Program-made: the position numbers and the translations under genes
Notes under the pieces: generated by a model
The model's input: the letters and a program-made list of their open reading frames with translations, nothing else
Database searches by the model: none
What the model was told of the DNA's origin: nothing
NCBI GenBank assembly: GCA_965215605.1
Contig: OZ244070.1
Span: 3,104,001 to 3,168,000 of the forward strand
DNA: 64,000 bases
From: an uncultured Candidatus Binatia bacterium
GTDB lineage: Bacteria; Desulfobacterota; Binatia; UBA9968; JAJDTQ01
Direction: 5' to 3'
Part shown: one piece after another, positions 35,500 through 44,763 of the stretch
Numbering within the stretch: position 1 is the stretch's first letter
Layout: every line of letters starts with the position of its first letter

Positions 35500-36366
35500 A
35501 TGTTGCGGAAGATCAGAGTCACCAGCGAAGGAACCGTGTGGACGTTGCCTTGGGACGTGGGGGTAGAGAGGGGCTTCATGGCCGCGGAAGGCATCGACGC
35601 CGAGGTGGTGACGCCGGACTCGCAGCTCCAGCCCGCCGGCGTGTTCGAGCGTCCCATTGCCTCGGACTACGAGTGCGGTGACCTCGAAGGCTACAACAAG
35701 TGCGAATGGGGCGTGATCAAGCGTGCCGCCGACGGCGAGCGCGACGGCTGGATCCTCGGACGCCGCGAGAGCGTGGCCACCATGGCCATCATCGTCAAGG
35801 GCGATTCTTCCTACCACCGGTTGGACGACCTCGCGGACGTGCCCCTCTCGATTCAGGACCAGACCGGCTCCCATTACATGACCTACAAAATGCTCGAAGG
35901 CCACTGCGACAAGGACCGGGTGCGGTTGCGGCACGATGGCGGACCCGCCATCCGCACCCGCATGTTGCTCAACGGCGAAGTGGAGGCGGCGACCCTCATG
36001 GAGCCGTTCATCAGCCTGGCCGAGAAACGCGGCTGCCGCGTCCTGGCGGAGTCCAAGTACTGGGGCCTCCTGTTCGTCAACAGCGACGACGCCGAGGACA
36101 CCCGGGAGGCGATCTTCCGCGCCCTCCGCCGTTCCGTGGACGAGATCAACTCGGACCTCAAGAAACACGCCGCGCTCCTGCTGCGCGACATCCCCGAGGA
36201 CCTGATCGGCGATTTCAAGTTCGAGGACCTGAACCTCAACCGGCTCGACTACGTCTACCCCGAGGACTACACCGAAGAAGAGTTCAACCGGGCGCGCAAC
36301 TGGATGGCCGGCTACGGCCTCAAACCCGATTCCCAGGCCAGCTACTCGGATCTGGTGAAGCTGTAG
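35500..36366 (+). CDS. Type 2 periplasmic-binding-fold protein (NMT1/SsuA-like) without a signal peptide
   Basis: C-terminal part of track ORF 34525..36366, GGAGG RBS. GFMAAEGIDAEV, GEVEAATLMEP. Confidence 0.75.
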   Translation: MLRKIRVTSEGTVWTLPWDVGVERGFMAAEGIDAEVVTPDSQLQPAGVFERPIASDYECGDLEGYNKCEWGVIKRAADGERDGWILGRRESVATMAIIVKGDSSYHRLDDLADVPLSIQDQTGSHYMTYKMLEGHCDKDRVRLRHDGGPAIRTRMLLNGEVEAATLMEPFISLAEKRGCRVLAESKYWGLLFVNSDDAEDTREAIFRALRRSVDEINSDLKKHAALLLRDIPEDLIGDFKFEDLNLNRLDYVYPEDYTEEEFNRARNWMAGYGLKPDSQASYSDLVKL

Positions 36367-36388
36367 GCACCAGGGCGCCTGAGAACGC

Positions 36389-36422
36389 AGAAAGCCCCTC
36401 CAAAAGGAGGGGCTTTCTTTTT
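36389..36422 (+). terminator. Rho-independent terminator
   Basis: 13-bp stem AGAAAGCCCCTCC/GGAGGGGCTTTCT, AAAA loop, T-tract. Confidence 0.85.
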
Positions 36423-36470
36423 GACGAGAAAATGCGGACCCTTGTGTTGCGGCCCCCTGCTGGATGTCGA

Positions 36471-36542
36471 GGGTGCCGGGGTCAGGCCCCGGGATGACGT
36501 TGGGTCCGCCCTCCGGCATCACGGGGCCTGACCCCGGCACCC
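36471..36542. repeat. Intergenic inverted repeat (REP-like doublet)
   Basis: Perfect 21-bp arms, GGGTGCCGGGGTCAGGCCCCG at 36471-36491 and its complement at 36522-36542. Confidence 0.8.
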
Positions 36543-36603
36543 GGAACCGCCGCCGTGTCCGGACCGCCGCCGTCCGCAACGCTTCCTTCAACCGCCGCTT
36601 GCC

Positions 36604-37920
36604 ATGACCAACACCCTTGCACGCATCGGCGACAAGCTGGACGTCTTCCGCGTGCTCAAGTACCGCAGCTTCCGGCTCTACTGGTTCGGCCACCTCACCG
36701 CGGTGGCCGGCCACCAGATGCTGATCCTCGCGCACGGGTGGCTGGCCTGGGAGTTGACGGGGTCCGAGTACGTGCTGGGCGCCCTGGGGCTGGTGGCCGC
36801 CGCCCCGGCGATAGCGCTGACGCTCTTCGGCGGCGCCGCCGCCGACAAGCTGGAGCTCCGGCGCTTCCTCATGCTGCTCCAGTACGTCACCGCGCTGCTG
36901 CTGCTGGCGCTGGCCACGCTGGTAACCACCGGACTGGTGCAGGTCTGGCACGTGTTCGCCGTCGCCGCCATCCACGGCGGCATACAGGCCTTCGACCATC
37001 CCGCCCGCCAGGCCCTCTTCCCGCACCTCCTGGACCGTGCGCACCTGATGAACGCGGTGAGCCTCAATTCCATGATCTGGCCGGGGACGCGCATCTTCGG
37101 CCCCGCACTGGCGGGTTTCACCATCGACTACGTGGCGGACTACACCGGCGCCCCCCTGTCCGGCGCCGGCGCCGCCTACTACGTAGCCGCGGCCACCTAC
37201 CTGGCGTTCGGCCTGTTGCTCCTTCCCGTAAGGGTGCCGTTCATCGAACGCACCCGGGGCGGCAATTTCATCCGCACTCTCCTGGGCGGGCTCTCGTTCG
37301 TCTGGACCCGCAAGCTCTTCCGCTCCCTCATCGGACTGAACTACCTGGACATCTTCTTTCTGGCGTCCCACACTGCGCTCCTGCCGGTTTTCGCCGACGT
37401 CGTGTTTCGCGGCGACGGCTCCACCCTGGGTACCCTGTACGTGGTCAGCGGCATCGGCGCCCTGCTCGGCGCCCTGGTGGCCGCCAACCTCGGTTACTTC
37501 CCGAAGCGCGGATGGCTGATTCTCCTGGGCGCCGGAATCCATGCCTTCTTCCTCACGCTGTTCGGTTTTTCCGGCGCCTTTCCGCTGGCATTGGGCATGC
37601 TGCTGATGGCCGGCGTCGGCCTCTCCTTCTTCATGGTGAGCACCCAGACCTCGGTTCAGACCCGCGTGCCCGACCAGTACCGCGGCCGGGTCATGGCCAT
37701 CTGGGGCATGAACTACAGCGTCGTCCTCCCGCTGGGGCAACTGCAGATGGGCGCCGTGGCGGGCCTGTCCCGGGACCACCTGGGCGCGTTCCTCGGCCGC
37801 CTCGCCGGCGCCCCGTCCGCCGTGATCCTGAGCGGGGTCTCGATGCTCGCGGTGGTGGGGATCACCGCGGTTGCCAACCGCGGGGTGCGGGAGTTGAGGC
37901 CGGAGGGACCGACGGGGTAG
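36604..37920 (+). CDS. MFS transporter (EntS/H+ antiporter-like)
   Basis: FRLYWFG, WLAWELTGS, GGAAADKLELRR, AFDHPARQAL, VPDQYRGRV. About 12 TM segments. Confidence 0.9.
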   Translation: MTNTLARIGDKLDVFRVLKYRSFRLYWFGHLTAVAGHQMLILAHGWLAWELTGSEYVLGALGLVAAAPAIALTLFGGAAADKLELRRFLMLLQYVTALLLLALATLVTTGLVQVWHVFAVAAIHGGIQAFDHPARQALFPHLLDRAHLMNAVSLNSMIWPGTRIFGPALAGFTIDYVADYTGAPLSGAGAAYYVAAATYLAFGLLLLPVRVPFIERTRGGNFIRTLLGGLSFVWTRKLFRSLIGLNYLDIFFLASHTALLPVFADVVFRGDGSTLGTLYVVSGIGALLGALVAANLGYFPKRGWLILLGAGIHAFFLTLFGFSGAFPLALGMLLMAGVGLSFFMVSTQTSVQTRVPDQYRGRVMAIWGMNYSVVLPLGQLQMGAVAGLSRDHLGAFLGRLAGAPSAVILSGVSMLAVVGITAVANRGVRELRPEGPTG

Positions 37921-38020
37921 GCAGGGTCGGGAAGCTTGCCTGTTGCTATGTTCTGAGGTGGTCCTGGAAAATCGGACAGGTTGCTAAGGTGTATTCCACC
38001 GACTTAGGGAGGGATACGCA

Positions 38021-38302
38021 ATGAGCACACGACGAAGGTTCAGCGGAGAGTTCAAGGCGAAGGTGGCGCTGGAGGCGCTGCGGGGGGACAAGACGATCCA
38101 GGAGATCGCTGTGCGGCACAAGGTTCATCCGAACCAGGTGAGCACGTGGAAGCAGCGTGCGGTGGAGGGGATGAAGGAGGTTTTCACGAAGGGTGCGGAG
38201 CGGACGAGGGGCGACCACGAGGGGGAGGTTCGGGACCTGCACGCGAAGATCGGGGAGTTGACGGTGGAGCGGGATTTTTTGGCCAAAGGGCTCAAGTGGT
38301 GA
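38021..38302 (+). CDS. IS3 transposase OrfA (HTH)
   Basis: RRRFSGEFKAKVALEAL, VHPNQVSTWK, KIGELTVERDFL. Confidence 0.93.
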   Translation: MSTRRRFSGEFKAKVALEALRGDKTIQEIAVRHKVHPNQVSTWKQRAVEGMKEVFTKGAERTRGDHEGEVRDLHAKIGELTVERDFLAKGLKW

Positions 38303-39222
38303 GCCGGGAGAAGCGCCGGGGGATGATCGAGCCCGGCCATCCCAAGCTCAGCTTGAGCCGTCAATGCCATCTGCTTCGAGTGAGTCGATCCTCCGTGTAC
38401 CACAGGCCCAAGGGCGAGAGCGCGGAGAATCTGGCGCTGATGCGCCGGATCGACAAGCTGTTCCTGGAGTACCCCTTCTACGGCAGCCGCCAGATGGTCC
38501 GCCATCTGTGGCGGGAGGGCGACCGTGTGGGTCGTCACCGGGTGCGGCGTCTGATGCGCCTGATGGGTCTCCAGGCCATCTACCAGGCGCCGCGGACCAC
38601 CCGACCGCATCCCGAGCACCGGGTCTACCCCTATCGGCTCAAGGGGGTCGCCATCGAACGGCCCAATCACGCGTGGACCGCAGATATAACCTATATCCCT
38701 GTCCAGAAGGGCTTCCTGTACCTGGTGGCGGTGATGGACTGGGCCACCCGCCGGGTGCTCTCCTGGAGGCTGTCGAACACCCTCGATGCCCGCTTCTGTG
38801 TCGAGGCCCTCTCAGAGGCTCTGGAACGCTACGGCCCTCCCGAGATCTTCAACACCGACCAGGGCAGCCAGTTCACCAGCCTGGAGTTCACCTCCGTGCT
38901 CAAGGACGCCGGCGTCGCCATCTCCATGGACGGCAGGGGCCGGTGCATGGACAACATCTTCATCGAGCGCCTGTGGCGCTCCCTCAAGTACGAGGCCGTC
39001 TACCTGCACGAGCTCTCGGACGGCTTCGCCGCCCAAAGGACCATCGCCAACTGGCTCCACTTCTACAACACCCAAAGGCCTCATTCCGCCCTCGCCGGCT
39101 CCACCCCGGCGGAGGCCTACGAACGAGGACTCCAGAGGCAGGCCGGACCTCACACCCCGCCCGCCCCTCTGCCAGTTCCATCGGAACACGAAGACGTGAT
39201 AAACGGCACCTTGGCAGCATGA
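38299..39222 (+). CDS. IS3 transposase OrfB (DDE integrase), -1 frame relative to OrfA
   Basis: WTADITY, NTDQGSQF, DNIFIERLWRSLKYE. Slippery T TTT TTG at 38275-38281 and GTGA overlap at 38299. Confidence 0.93.
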   Translation: MSREKRRGMIEPGHPKLSLSRQCHLLRVSRSSVYHRPKGESAENLALMRRIDKLFLEYPFYGSRQMVRHLWREGDRVGRHRVRRLMRLMGLQAIYQAPRTTRPHPEHRVYPYRLKGVAIERPNHAWTADITYIPVQKGFLYLVAVMDWATRRVLSWRLSNTLDARFCVEALSEALERYGPPEIFNTDQGSQFTSLEFTSVLKDAGVAISMDGRGRCMDNIFIERLWRSLKYEAVYLHELSDGFAAQRTIANWLHFYNTQRPHSALAGSTPAEAYERGLQRQAGPHTPPAPLPVPSEHEDVINGTLAA

Positions 39223-39447
39223 TCGAACGTCTGGAATACACCTTATCTCCGCCGCCTACCTGTCCTACAAACCAGGACCACCTCAACTGACCCCATTGAC
39301 TGGAAGGTCATCTTTAAAGCCGGTTGAGTCCCCGCCGGGGTTTTGGATAATCCGCCATTAATGGGTTACGGTTGGCCCCTGCGACCGGCGGCGGGCGCCT
39401 CGCGCGCGAGCACCGCAAGACAGACGGTCGTAGGGAACGATGTCGTG

Positions 39448-40659
39448 GTGAAACGGAACAGCAGACTTCGCGCCATCGGCAGGGACCGGCTGGCGCTCCT
39501 GGGCTACGTTACCGGCGGGCATTTCGCCGTGCACTGGTTCGGACAGCTCTTTCCCATGATCCTGCACCCCCTGGAGGTGGCCCTGCGGCTGAGCTATGTC
39601 CAGGTGGGTTTCCTGACCACCATCCGGGAACTGACCACCGGGCTCACGAACCTGCCGGCGGGGTTTCTGGGGGACCGCCTGGCGCGTCATCGGACCGCGA
39701 TCCTTTCCTCGGCCCTCCTCGCGTTTGGAGTGGCATACCTCACCTTCGGCCTCGCCCCCGGCTACCTCTACGCGCTGGTGGCGGCCGGGCTGGTGGGGGT
39801 GGGAATCGCCCTGTGGCACCCCACCGCCATGGCGTCGCTTTCGAGCCGGTTCCCGGAACACCGGGCCACGGCGTTCGCTATCCACGGCATGGGAGCGACC
39901 ACCGGCGACACCATCACGCCGCTGGTGGTCGGCATCCTGTTGAGCCTCTACCCTTGGCGCAGCCTCATGGCGTTGCAGTTCCTTCTGGCCGTGGCGGTAA
40001 GCGTTCCCTTGTGGCTCGGCTTGCGGGGGGTCTTTGCCGCGGCGCCGGCCGAATCCCGGACCGGGAGCGGGCAGGGGTCGGGGCTGGGCGAGTTCCTCCG
40101 CAATCCCGCCTTTCTGGGCGTGGCCTTGGCCAACGGCCTCATGAACGCCGGCCGGATACTGATCATCACCTTCTTCCCCCTCTACGTGCAGGAAACACTG
40201 GGCTACGGCTCCACGGGACTGGGCTACTACTACGCGTTGCTGCACGTGTTGGGCACGGTCTCCCAGCCCGTCCTGGGCTACCTCTCGGACCGCCTGGGCC
40301 GGAAGGCGGTGCTGCTGCCGTCGTTCCTGGTGCTGGCGGTGCTCTACACGCTGATTCCGTTGGTGCGTCCGGGGATTCCCTTGGGAATCGTGGTGACCCT
40401 CATCAGCCTGTTCTTCTACACCCTCAGCAACATTACCGCCGCCGCGGTCGTGGACGTGGCCGGCTCGCGCATACAGGCCACCTCGCTGGGCATCACGTTT
40501 CTCTCCAACAGCCTGTTCACTCTGCCTGGTCCGGTCATCGCCGGATACATGGTCGGTTTCTACGGCATGAGCTCGGTGTTCTACCTGTCCGGGGGCTTCC
40601 TGCTGGCAGCCGCGGCCGCGATTGCGCCGCTGCGGCTCTACAGGGGTTCGGGACGGTGA
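39448..40659 (+). CDS. MFS transporter (Fsr-like)
   Basis: GHFAVH, GFLGDRL, LWHP, GYLSDRLGRK. Start uncertain. Confidence 0.88.
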   Translation: MKRNSRLRAIGRDRLALLGYVTGGHFAVHWFGQLFPMILHPLEVALRLSYVQVGFLTTIRELTTGLTNLPAGFLGDRLARHRTAILSSALLAFGVAYLTFGLAPGYLYALVAAGLVGVGIALWHPTAMASLSSRFPEHRATAFAIHGMGATTGDTITPLVVGILLSLYPWRSLMALQFLLAVAVSVPLWLGLRGVFAAAPAESRTGSGQGSGLGEFLRNPAFLGVALANGLMNAGRILIITFFPLYVQETLGYGSTGLGYYYALLHVLGTVSQPVLGYLSDRLGRKAVLLPSFLVLAVLYTLIPLVRPGIPLGIVVTLISLFFYTLSNITAAAVVDVAGSRIQATSLGITFLSNSLFTLPGPVIAGYMVGFYGMSSVFYLSGGFLLAAAAAIAPLRLYRGSGR

Positions 40660-41414
40660 CGCCCACGACCCACTGGTCGCCTCCGGCGGCCAACCTGGCG
40701 CTGGGGCACGATACGGTCCACGTCTGGCGTGCGGCCACCGAGGTGCCCGCTTCCCGAGTGGCTCCCTTGTACGGGCTGCTGGCGCCCGACGAGCGCGCCC
40801 GGGCGGGCCGGTTCCTCTACGAGGAGGACAGGCGGCGGTACACGGTGGCACGGGGGGTGTTGCGAAGCCTCCTGGCGCGCTATCTCGACGTGGAGCCTGC
40901 CGCCCTCGAGTTCCGCTACGGCACCCATGGGAAGCCGTCGCTCGCGGAAACCCCTGGCGGCAGGGACGTGCGCTTCAACCTGTCCCATTCCTGCGGGTGG
41001 GCGGTGCATGCCTTCGCCATCGGCCGCGAAGTCGGCGTCGACGTCGAGCGCGTGCGCCCGGACACCGACATCATGGGGGTCGCCCGGCACTCCTTCTCAC
41101 CGGCGGAGGTGGAAGCCCTGACGAGTCTCCCCCCGGGACAGCGGCGGGAGGCGTTCTTCAATTGCTGGACGCGGAAGGAAGCGTTCATCAAGGCCCATGG
41201 CGAGGGCATCGCGCTGGGGCTGAGCCGGTTCGACGTGACCCTGCGGCCGGACGAGCCCGCGGCACTGCTGCGGTTCGAGGGAGACCCGGCGGAGGTGTCG
41301 AGGTGGTCCATGCGCGCACTGGACGGGGGCGAGGGTTACAAGGCGGCGTTGGCGGTGGAGGGGGATGGTTGGTATCTCAAGTGCTGGGACTATCCGGCTC
41401 AAGGGCTGATGTAG
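40656..41414 (+). CDS. Sfp-type 4'-phosphopantetheinyl transferase
   Basis: HGKP, RFNLSHS, VGVDVE, FFNCWTRKEAFIKA. GTG start overlaps the MFS stop. Confidence 0.92.
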   Translation: MTPTTHWSPPAANLALGHDTVHVWRAATEVPASRVAPLYGLLAPDERARAGRFLYEEDRRRYTVARGVLRSLLARYLDVEPAALEFRYGTHGKPSLAETPGGRDVRFNLSHSCGWAVHAFAIGREVGVDVERVRPDTDIMGVARHSFSPAEVEALTSLPPGQRREAFFNCWTRKEAFIKAHGEGIALGLSRFDVTLRPDEPAALLRFEGDPAEVSRWSMRALDGGEGYKAALAVEGDGWYLKCWDYPAQGLM

Positions 41415-41483
41415 GAGCGGGTTCCAACCCCGCCGGCGGCTGCACGGCGCTGCAGGAAAAACACACAACAGGAGGGTGTTCAC

Positions 41484-42035
41484 ATGGCGCGTATCGCGAG
41501 TATCAAGGGGAAGGAAGATCTGGGCCCGGAGCACCATGCGGTGTTCGATGCCATCGCGCAGAGCCGGGGCGCGGTGCAGGGGCCGTTTACCATGTTGCTG
41601 AACAGTCCGGAGCTGGCCGCCCGCGTGGCCCACCTCGGCAGCCTCGTCCGTTTCGAGATGGAGCTTCCCCAGAAGCTGAAGGAGCTGGTGATCCTCACCG
41701 TGGCGCGGGAGGTGGATTGTCTGTTCGAATGGTCGGTGCACGCCGGACACGCCAGGGCGGCGGGTATTTCGGACGAATGCATCGAGGCGGTGCGGGAGCG
41801 CCGGGAGCCGCCGGGGCTCACGCGGGAGGAGGCGGACCTCCGCCGGTTCACGCAGGAGCTGCTGCGCTCCCATCGCGTGAGCGAGCCCACCTTCGCCGCC
41901 GTGGAGAAGGCCTTGGGAGCCACGGCGTGCGTGGAGCTTGCGGCCTTCATCGGATACTATGTGTTGCTTGCCTGCGTCCTGAACGCCATGGAGGTGGAGC
42001 CGAAGGAGGGCGAGAAGCCCCTGGATCCACAGTGA
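41484..42035 (+). CDS. Carboxymuconolactone decarboxylase/AhpD-like protein
   Basis: GPFTMLLNSPELA, KELVILTVAREVDCLFEWSVH. Paralogue of 17579..18133. Confidence 0.87.
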   Translation: MARIASIKGKEDLGPEHHAVFDAIAQSRGAVQGPFTMLLNSPELAARVAHLGSLVRFEMELPQKLKELVILTVAREVDCLFEWSVHAGHARAAGISDECIEAVRERREPPGLTREEADLRRFTQELLRSHRVSEPTFAAVEKALGATACVELAAFIGYYVLLACVLNAMEVEPKEGEKPLDPQ

Positions 42036-42141
42036 TATCCGCAGGCGGGTGACTGGCCGCCGGCCTCGAAAACACGCGATCAGCCGCGCAGAAGACACGA
42101 GGACGTTGCACCAGCGCGACAAGAGACACGGACGGAGCGAG

Positions 42142-43737
42142 ATGAGCGATCAACCCAATTTCCTTTTCATCATCACCGACCAGCACCGGGCGGACCATCT
42201 GGGTTGCTATGGCAATCCGGTGGTGCAGACGCCGCACATCGACGGGCTGGCGTCGGCGGGTACCCGCTTCGAGCGGTTCTACACGGCCACGCCCATCTGC
42301 ATGCCCAATCGCGCGACGCTGATGACCGGCCGGATGCCGTCGCTTCATGGCGTCCGGCACAACGGCATCCCGCTTTCCCTGGAGGCCACGACCTTCACCG
42401 ACGTCATGGCCGCCGCCGGGTACCATACGGCGCTCATCGGCAAGTGCCACCTCCAGAGTATCAGGGACGATGTCCCGGTCATCGGCATGCCGGAGCCGGA
42501 TCCGCAGCGCGTCCGCCCGCCCGACGTGCTCCGCGAGGCAAGGAAGAAGACCGGCGGGCGCTACGACCAGGAGTTGCCGTCCACGTGGGCGCGGGACCCG
42601 GAGTTCGAGCCGGTGTCTCCGTACTATGGTTTCCAGCACGTGGAGTTGTGCATCAAGCACGCCGACCAGGTGGTGGGACACTACGAGCGGTGGCTACGAG
42701 CCCGCCATCCCGATCCCGAGTCGCTCCGCGGGCGGAAGAACCAGCTTCCGGGCAACCATTGCCAGGCGCCGCAGGCATGGCGCACCCGGGTGCCCGAGGA
42801 ACTCTATCCCACCAGCTACGTGGCCGAGCGCACCATGGCGTTCCTGGAGGAGCACGCGCGCTCCGGGCGGGAGCGGCCCTTCTTCCTCCAGTGCTCGTTC
42901 CCCGACCCGCATCACGCGTTCACACCCCCCGGCCGGTACTGGGACCTCTACCGTCCGGAACAGATTGAGTTGCCGGCCTCGTTCCATCGCGGGGAGCATC
43001 CGGTGCTGCCGCATCTGGCGCGGCTCTACGAGGAGCGGGACCGGGGTGAGGCCAACCGCGACGGCCAGCGCGGCTTCGCCATCACGGAAGGGGAAGCGCG
43101 CGAAGCCATAGCCCTGACCTACGGCATGATCACCATGATCGACGACGCCATCGGCCGCATCCGGGCGCGGCTCGAGGCCTTGGGGCTGGCGGACGACACG
43201 GTCATCGTCTTCACCAGCGACCACGGCGACTTCATGGGCGACCACCAACTCCTGCTCAAGGGCGCGCTCCACTACCGCGGGCTCGTGCGGGTGCCGTTCA
43301 TCTGGACCGACCCGGCACACCAGGGCAGGGGGGTGGTCAACCCCGGGCTGTGCGGCACCCTGGACCTGCCAGGCACGATCCTGCACAGGGCCGGCCTGGA
43401 AGGACCCAACGGCATGCAGGGGCTGAGCCTGCTGCCGGCCATGGACGGCTCGGGCACGGGCTACGATTCGTTGCTCATCGAGGAGCACCAGCGCCGGGGC
43501 TACATGGGCTTCGACAACAATTTCCGGGCCCGCACGCTGATCACGCCGGACCGGCGCCTGACCCTCTACGAGGGCGCGGACTGGGGAGAGGTCTACGATC
43601 TCGATAACGACCCCGACGAGATGCGGAACCTGTGGGAGGAGCCGGGCTCCCGGCGCGCCGAGCTCACCGAGGCGCTGGCGCGCAAGATGATGGCGCTTAC
43701 CGACACGAGCCCCTTGGCCACGCATCATGGACCGTAG
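42142..43737 (+). CDS. Cys-type (formylglycine-dependent) sulfatase
   Basis: PNFLFIITDQHR, CMPNRATLMTG (CxPxR), GKCH, DPHH, SDHGD. Confidence 0.92.
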   Translation: MSDQPNFLFIITDQHRADHLGCYGNPVVQTPHIDGLASAGTRFERFYTATPICMPNRATLMTGRMPSLHGVRHNGIPLSLEATTFTDVMAAAGYHTALIGKCHLQSIRDDVPVIGMPEPDPQRVRPPDVLREARKKTGGRYDQELPSTWARDPEFEPVSPYYGFQHVELCIKHADQVVGHYERWLRARHPDPESLRGRKNQLPGNHCQAPQAWRTRVPEELYPTSYVAERTMAFLEEHARSGRERPFFLQCSFPDPHHAFTPPGRYWDLYRPEQIELPASFHRGEHPVLPHLARLYEERDRGEANRDGQRGFAITEGEAREAIALTYGMITMIDDAIGRIRARLEALGLADDTVIVFTSDHGDFMGDHQLLLKGALHYRGLVRVPFIWTDPAHQGRGVVNPGLCGTLDLPGTILHRAGLEGPNGMQGLSLLPAMDGSGTGYDSLLIEEHQRRGYMGFDNNFRARTLITPDRRLTLYEGADWGEVYDLDNDPDEMRNLWEEPGSRRAELTEALARKMMALTDTSPLATHHGP

Positions 43738-44746
43738 CCCGGTCACGGCTCGCGGCCTCGAACTCGGCCTGGGCCTGCGCGCGCGGCATCCGTCCGTGTT
43801 GGCCGAGCATTCGCGGCAGGCGGAGGACGCCGGATTCAGCCACGTTTGGCTTTACGATTCGCCCCGGTGCGCGGAGCCCTACGTCTCGCTGCCGTACTGT
43901 GCCATGGCCACCTCCCGCGCCGTCGTCGGCATGGCGGTGACCAACACCCAGACCCGCGACCCCACGGTGGTCGCCAACAGCTTCGCCACGCTCGCCATCC
44001 TCACCGGCGGCCGGGTCAAGCTCGGTCTGGGGCTCGGCGACAGCGCAGTGAAGTTTCTCGGCAAGAGGCCGTCGCGGTTCGACGCCTTCCGGGAAGGCGT
44101 CGAGGTGGTGCAGGGGCTGTTACGGGGGGAGAGCGTGCCGTACAACGGCCGCCGGTTGACGCTGCCCGCGGTGCCGGAAACGAAGCCGCCGCTGTTGCTC
44201 GCCGCCGAAGGCCCGCGGACCTTCGCTTTCGCGGGGGCGGCCTCGGACGGCGCCATCATAAGCCCGGGCGGGTCGCCGCGCTTCCTGCGCTACGCCATCA
44301 GCAAGATCCGCGAGGGGGCCGTACGGGCCGGGCGTGATCCGGAAACGCTCCACGTCTGCGCCTGGACCCACTGCGTGGTGGCGGAGACGACGGAAGGGGC
44401 CATGGACGCGCTGGCGCCCGAGGTGGGCCGGACCCTGGTGAAGGCCTCGGTGCGGATTCCTCCCGAGGTCCTCGGCGCATCCGAGCCGCTGCTGTCCGCG
44501 GAGTTGCAGGCCCACGTGCTGGAGGAAGCCACGCGGCAGGACCACGAGTACGATCTGGCCCGGACCATGCGTTCGGCCCTGGGCGACGACCTGTTCAGAG
44601 AGATGACCCTGGTGGGGACCCCCGACGACTGCGCCCGCAAGATCGCCGAGCTGAGACAAGTGGACGGCCTCAGCCAGATCATCGTCAACATCTACGGCGA
44701 AGACCGCGAGTTCGCGCTGAAGGCGTTGGCGGCCTCCAGCTTCTAG
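43727..44746 (+). CDS. LLM-class flavin-dependent oxidoreductase (Mer-like)
   Basis: AEDAGFSHVWLYDS, VTNTQTRDPTVVA, GRVKLGLGLGDS, AAEGP. Confidence 0.85.
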   Translation: MDRSPVTARGLELGLGLRARHPSVLAEHSRQAEDAGFSHVWLYDSPRCAEPYVSLPYCAMATSRAVVGMAVTNTQTRDPTVVANSFATLAILTGGRVKLGLGLGDSAVKFLGKRPSRFDAFREGVEVVQGLLRGESVPYNGRRLTLPAVPETKPPLLLAAEGPRTFAFAGAASDGAIISPGGSPRFLRYAISKIREGAVRAGRDPETLHVCAWTHCVVAETTEGAMDALAPEVGRTLVKASVRIPPEVLGASEPLLSAELQAHVLEEATRQDHEYDLARTMRSALGDDLFREMTLVGTPDDCARKIAELRQVDGLSQIIVNIYGEDREFALKALAASSF

Positions 44747-44763
44747 TCTCCTGTCCCGCCTCG

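Larger units (their letters stand above)
37954..39285 (+). mobile_element. IS3-family insertion sequence (1332 bp)
   Basis: TG...CA ends. IRL TGAGGTGGTCCTGGAAAATCGGACAGG versus IRR (reverse complement) TGAGGTGGTCCTGGTTTGTAGGACAGG, plus a shared inner block TAAGGTGTATTCCA. Contains orfA/orfB. Confidence 0.95.
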
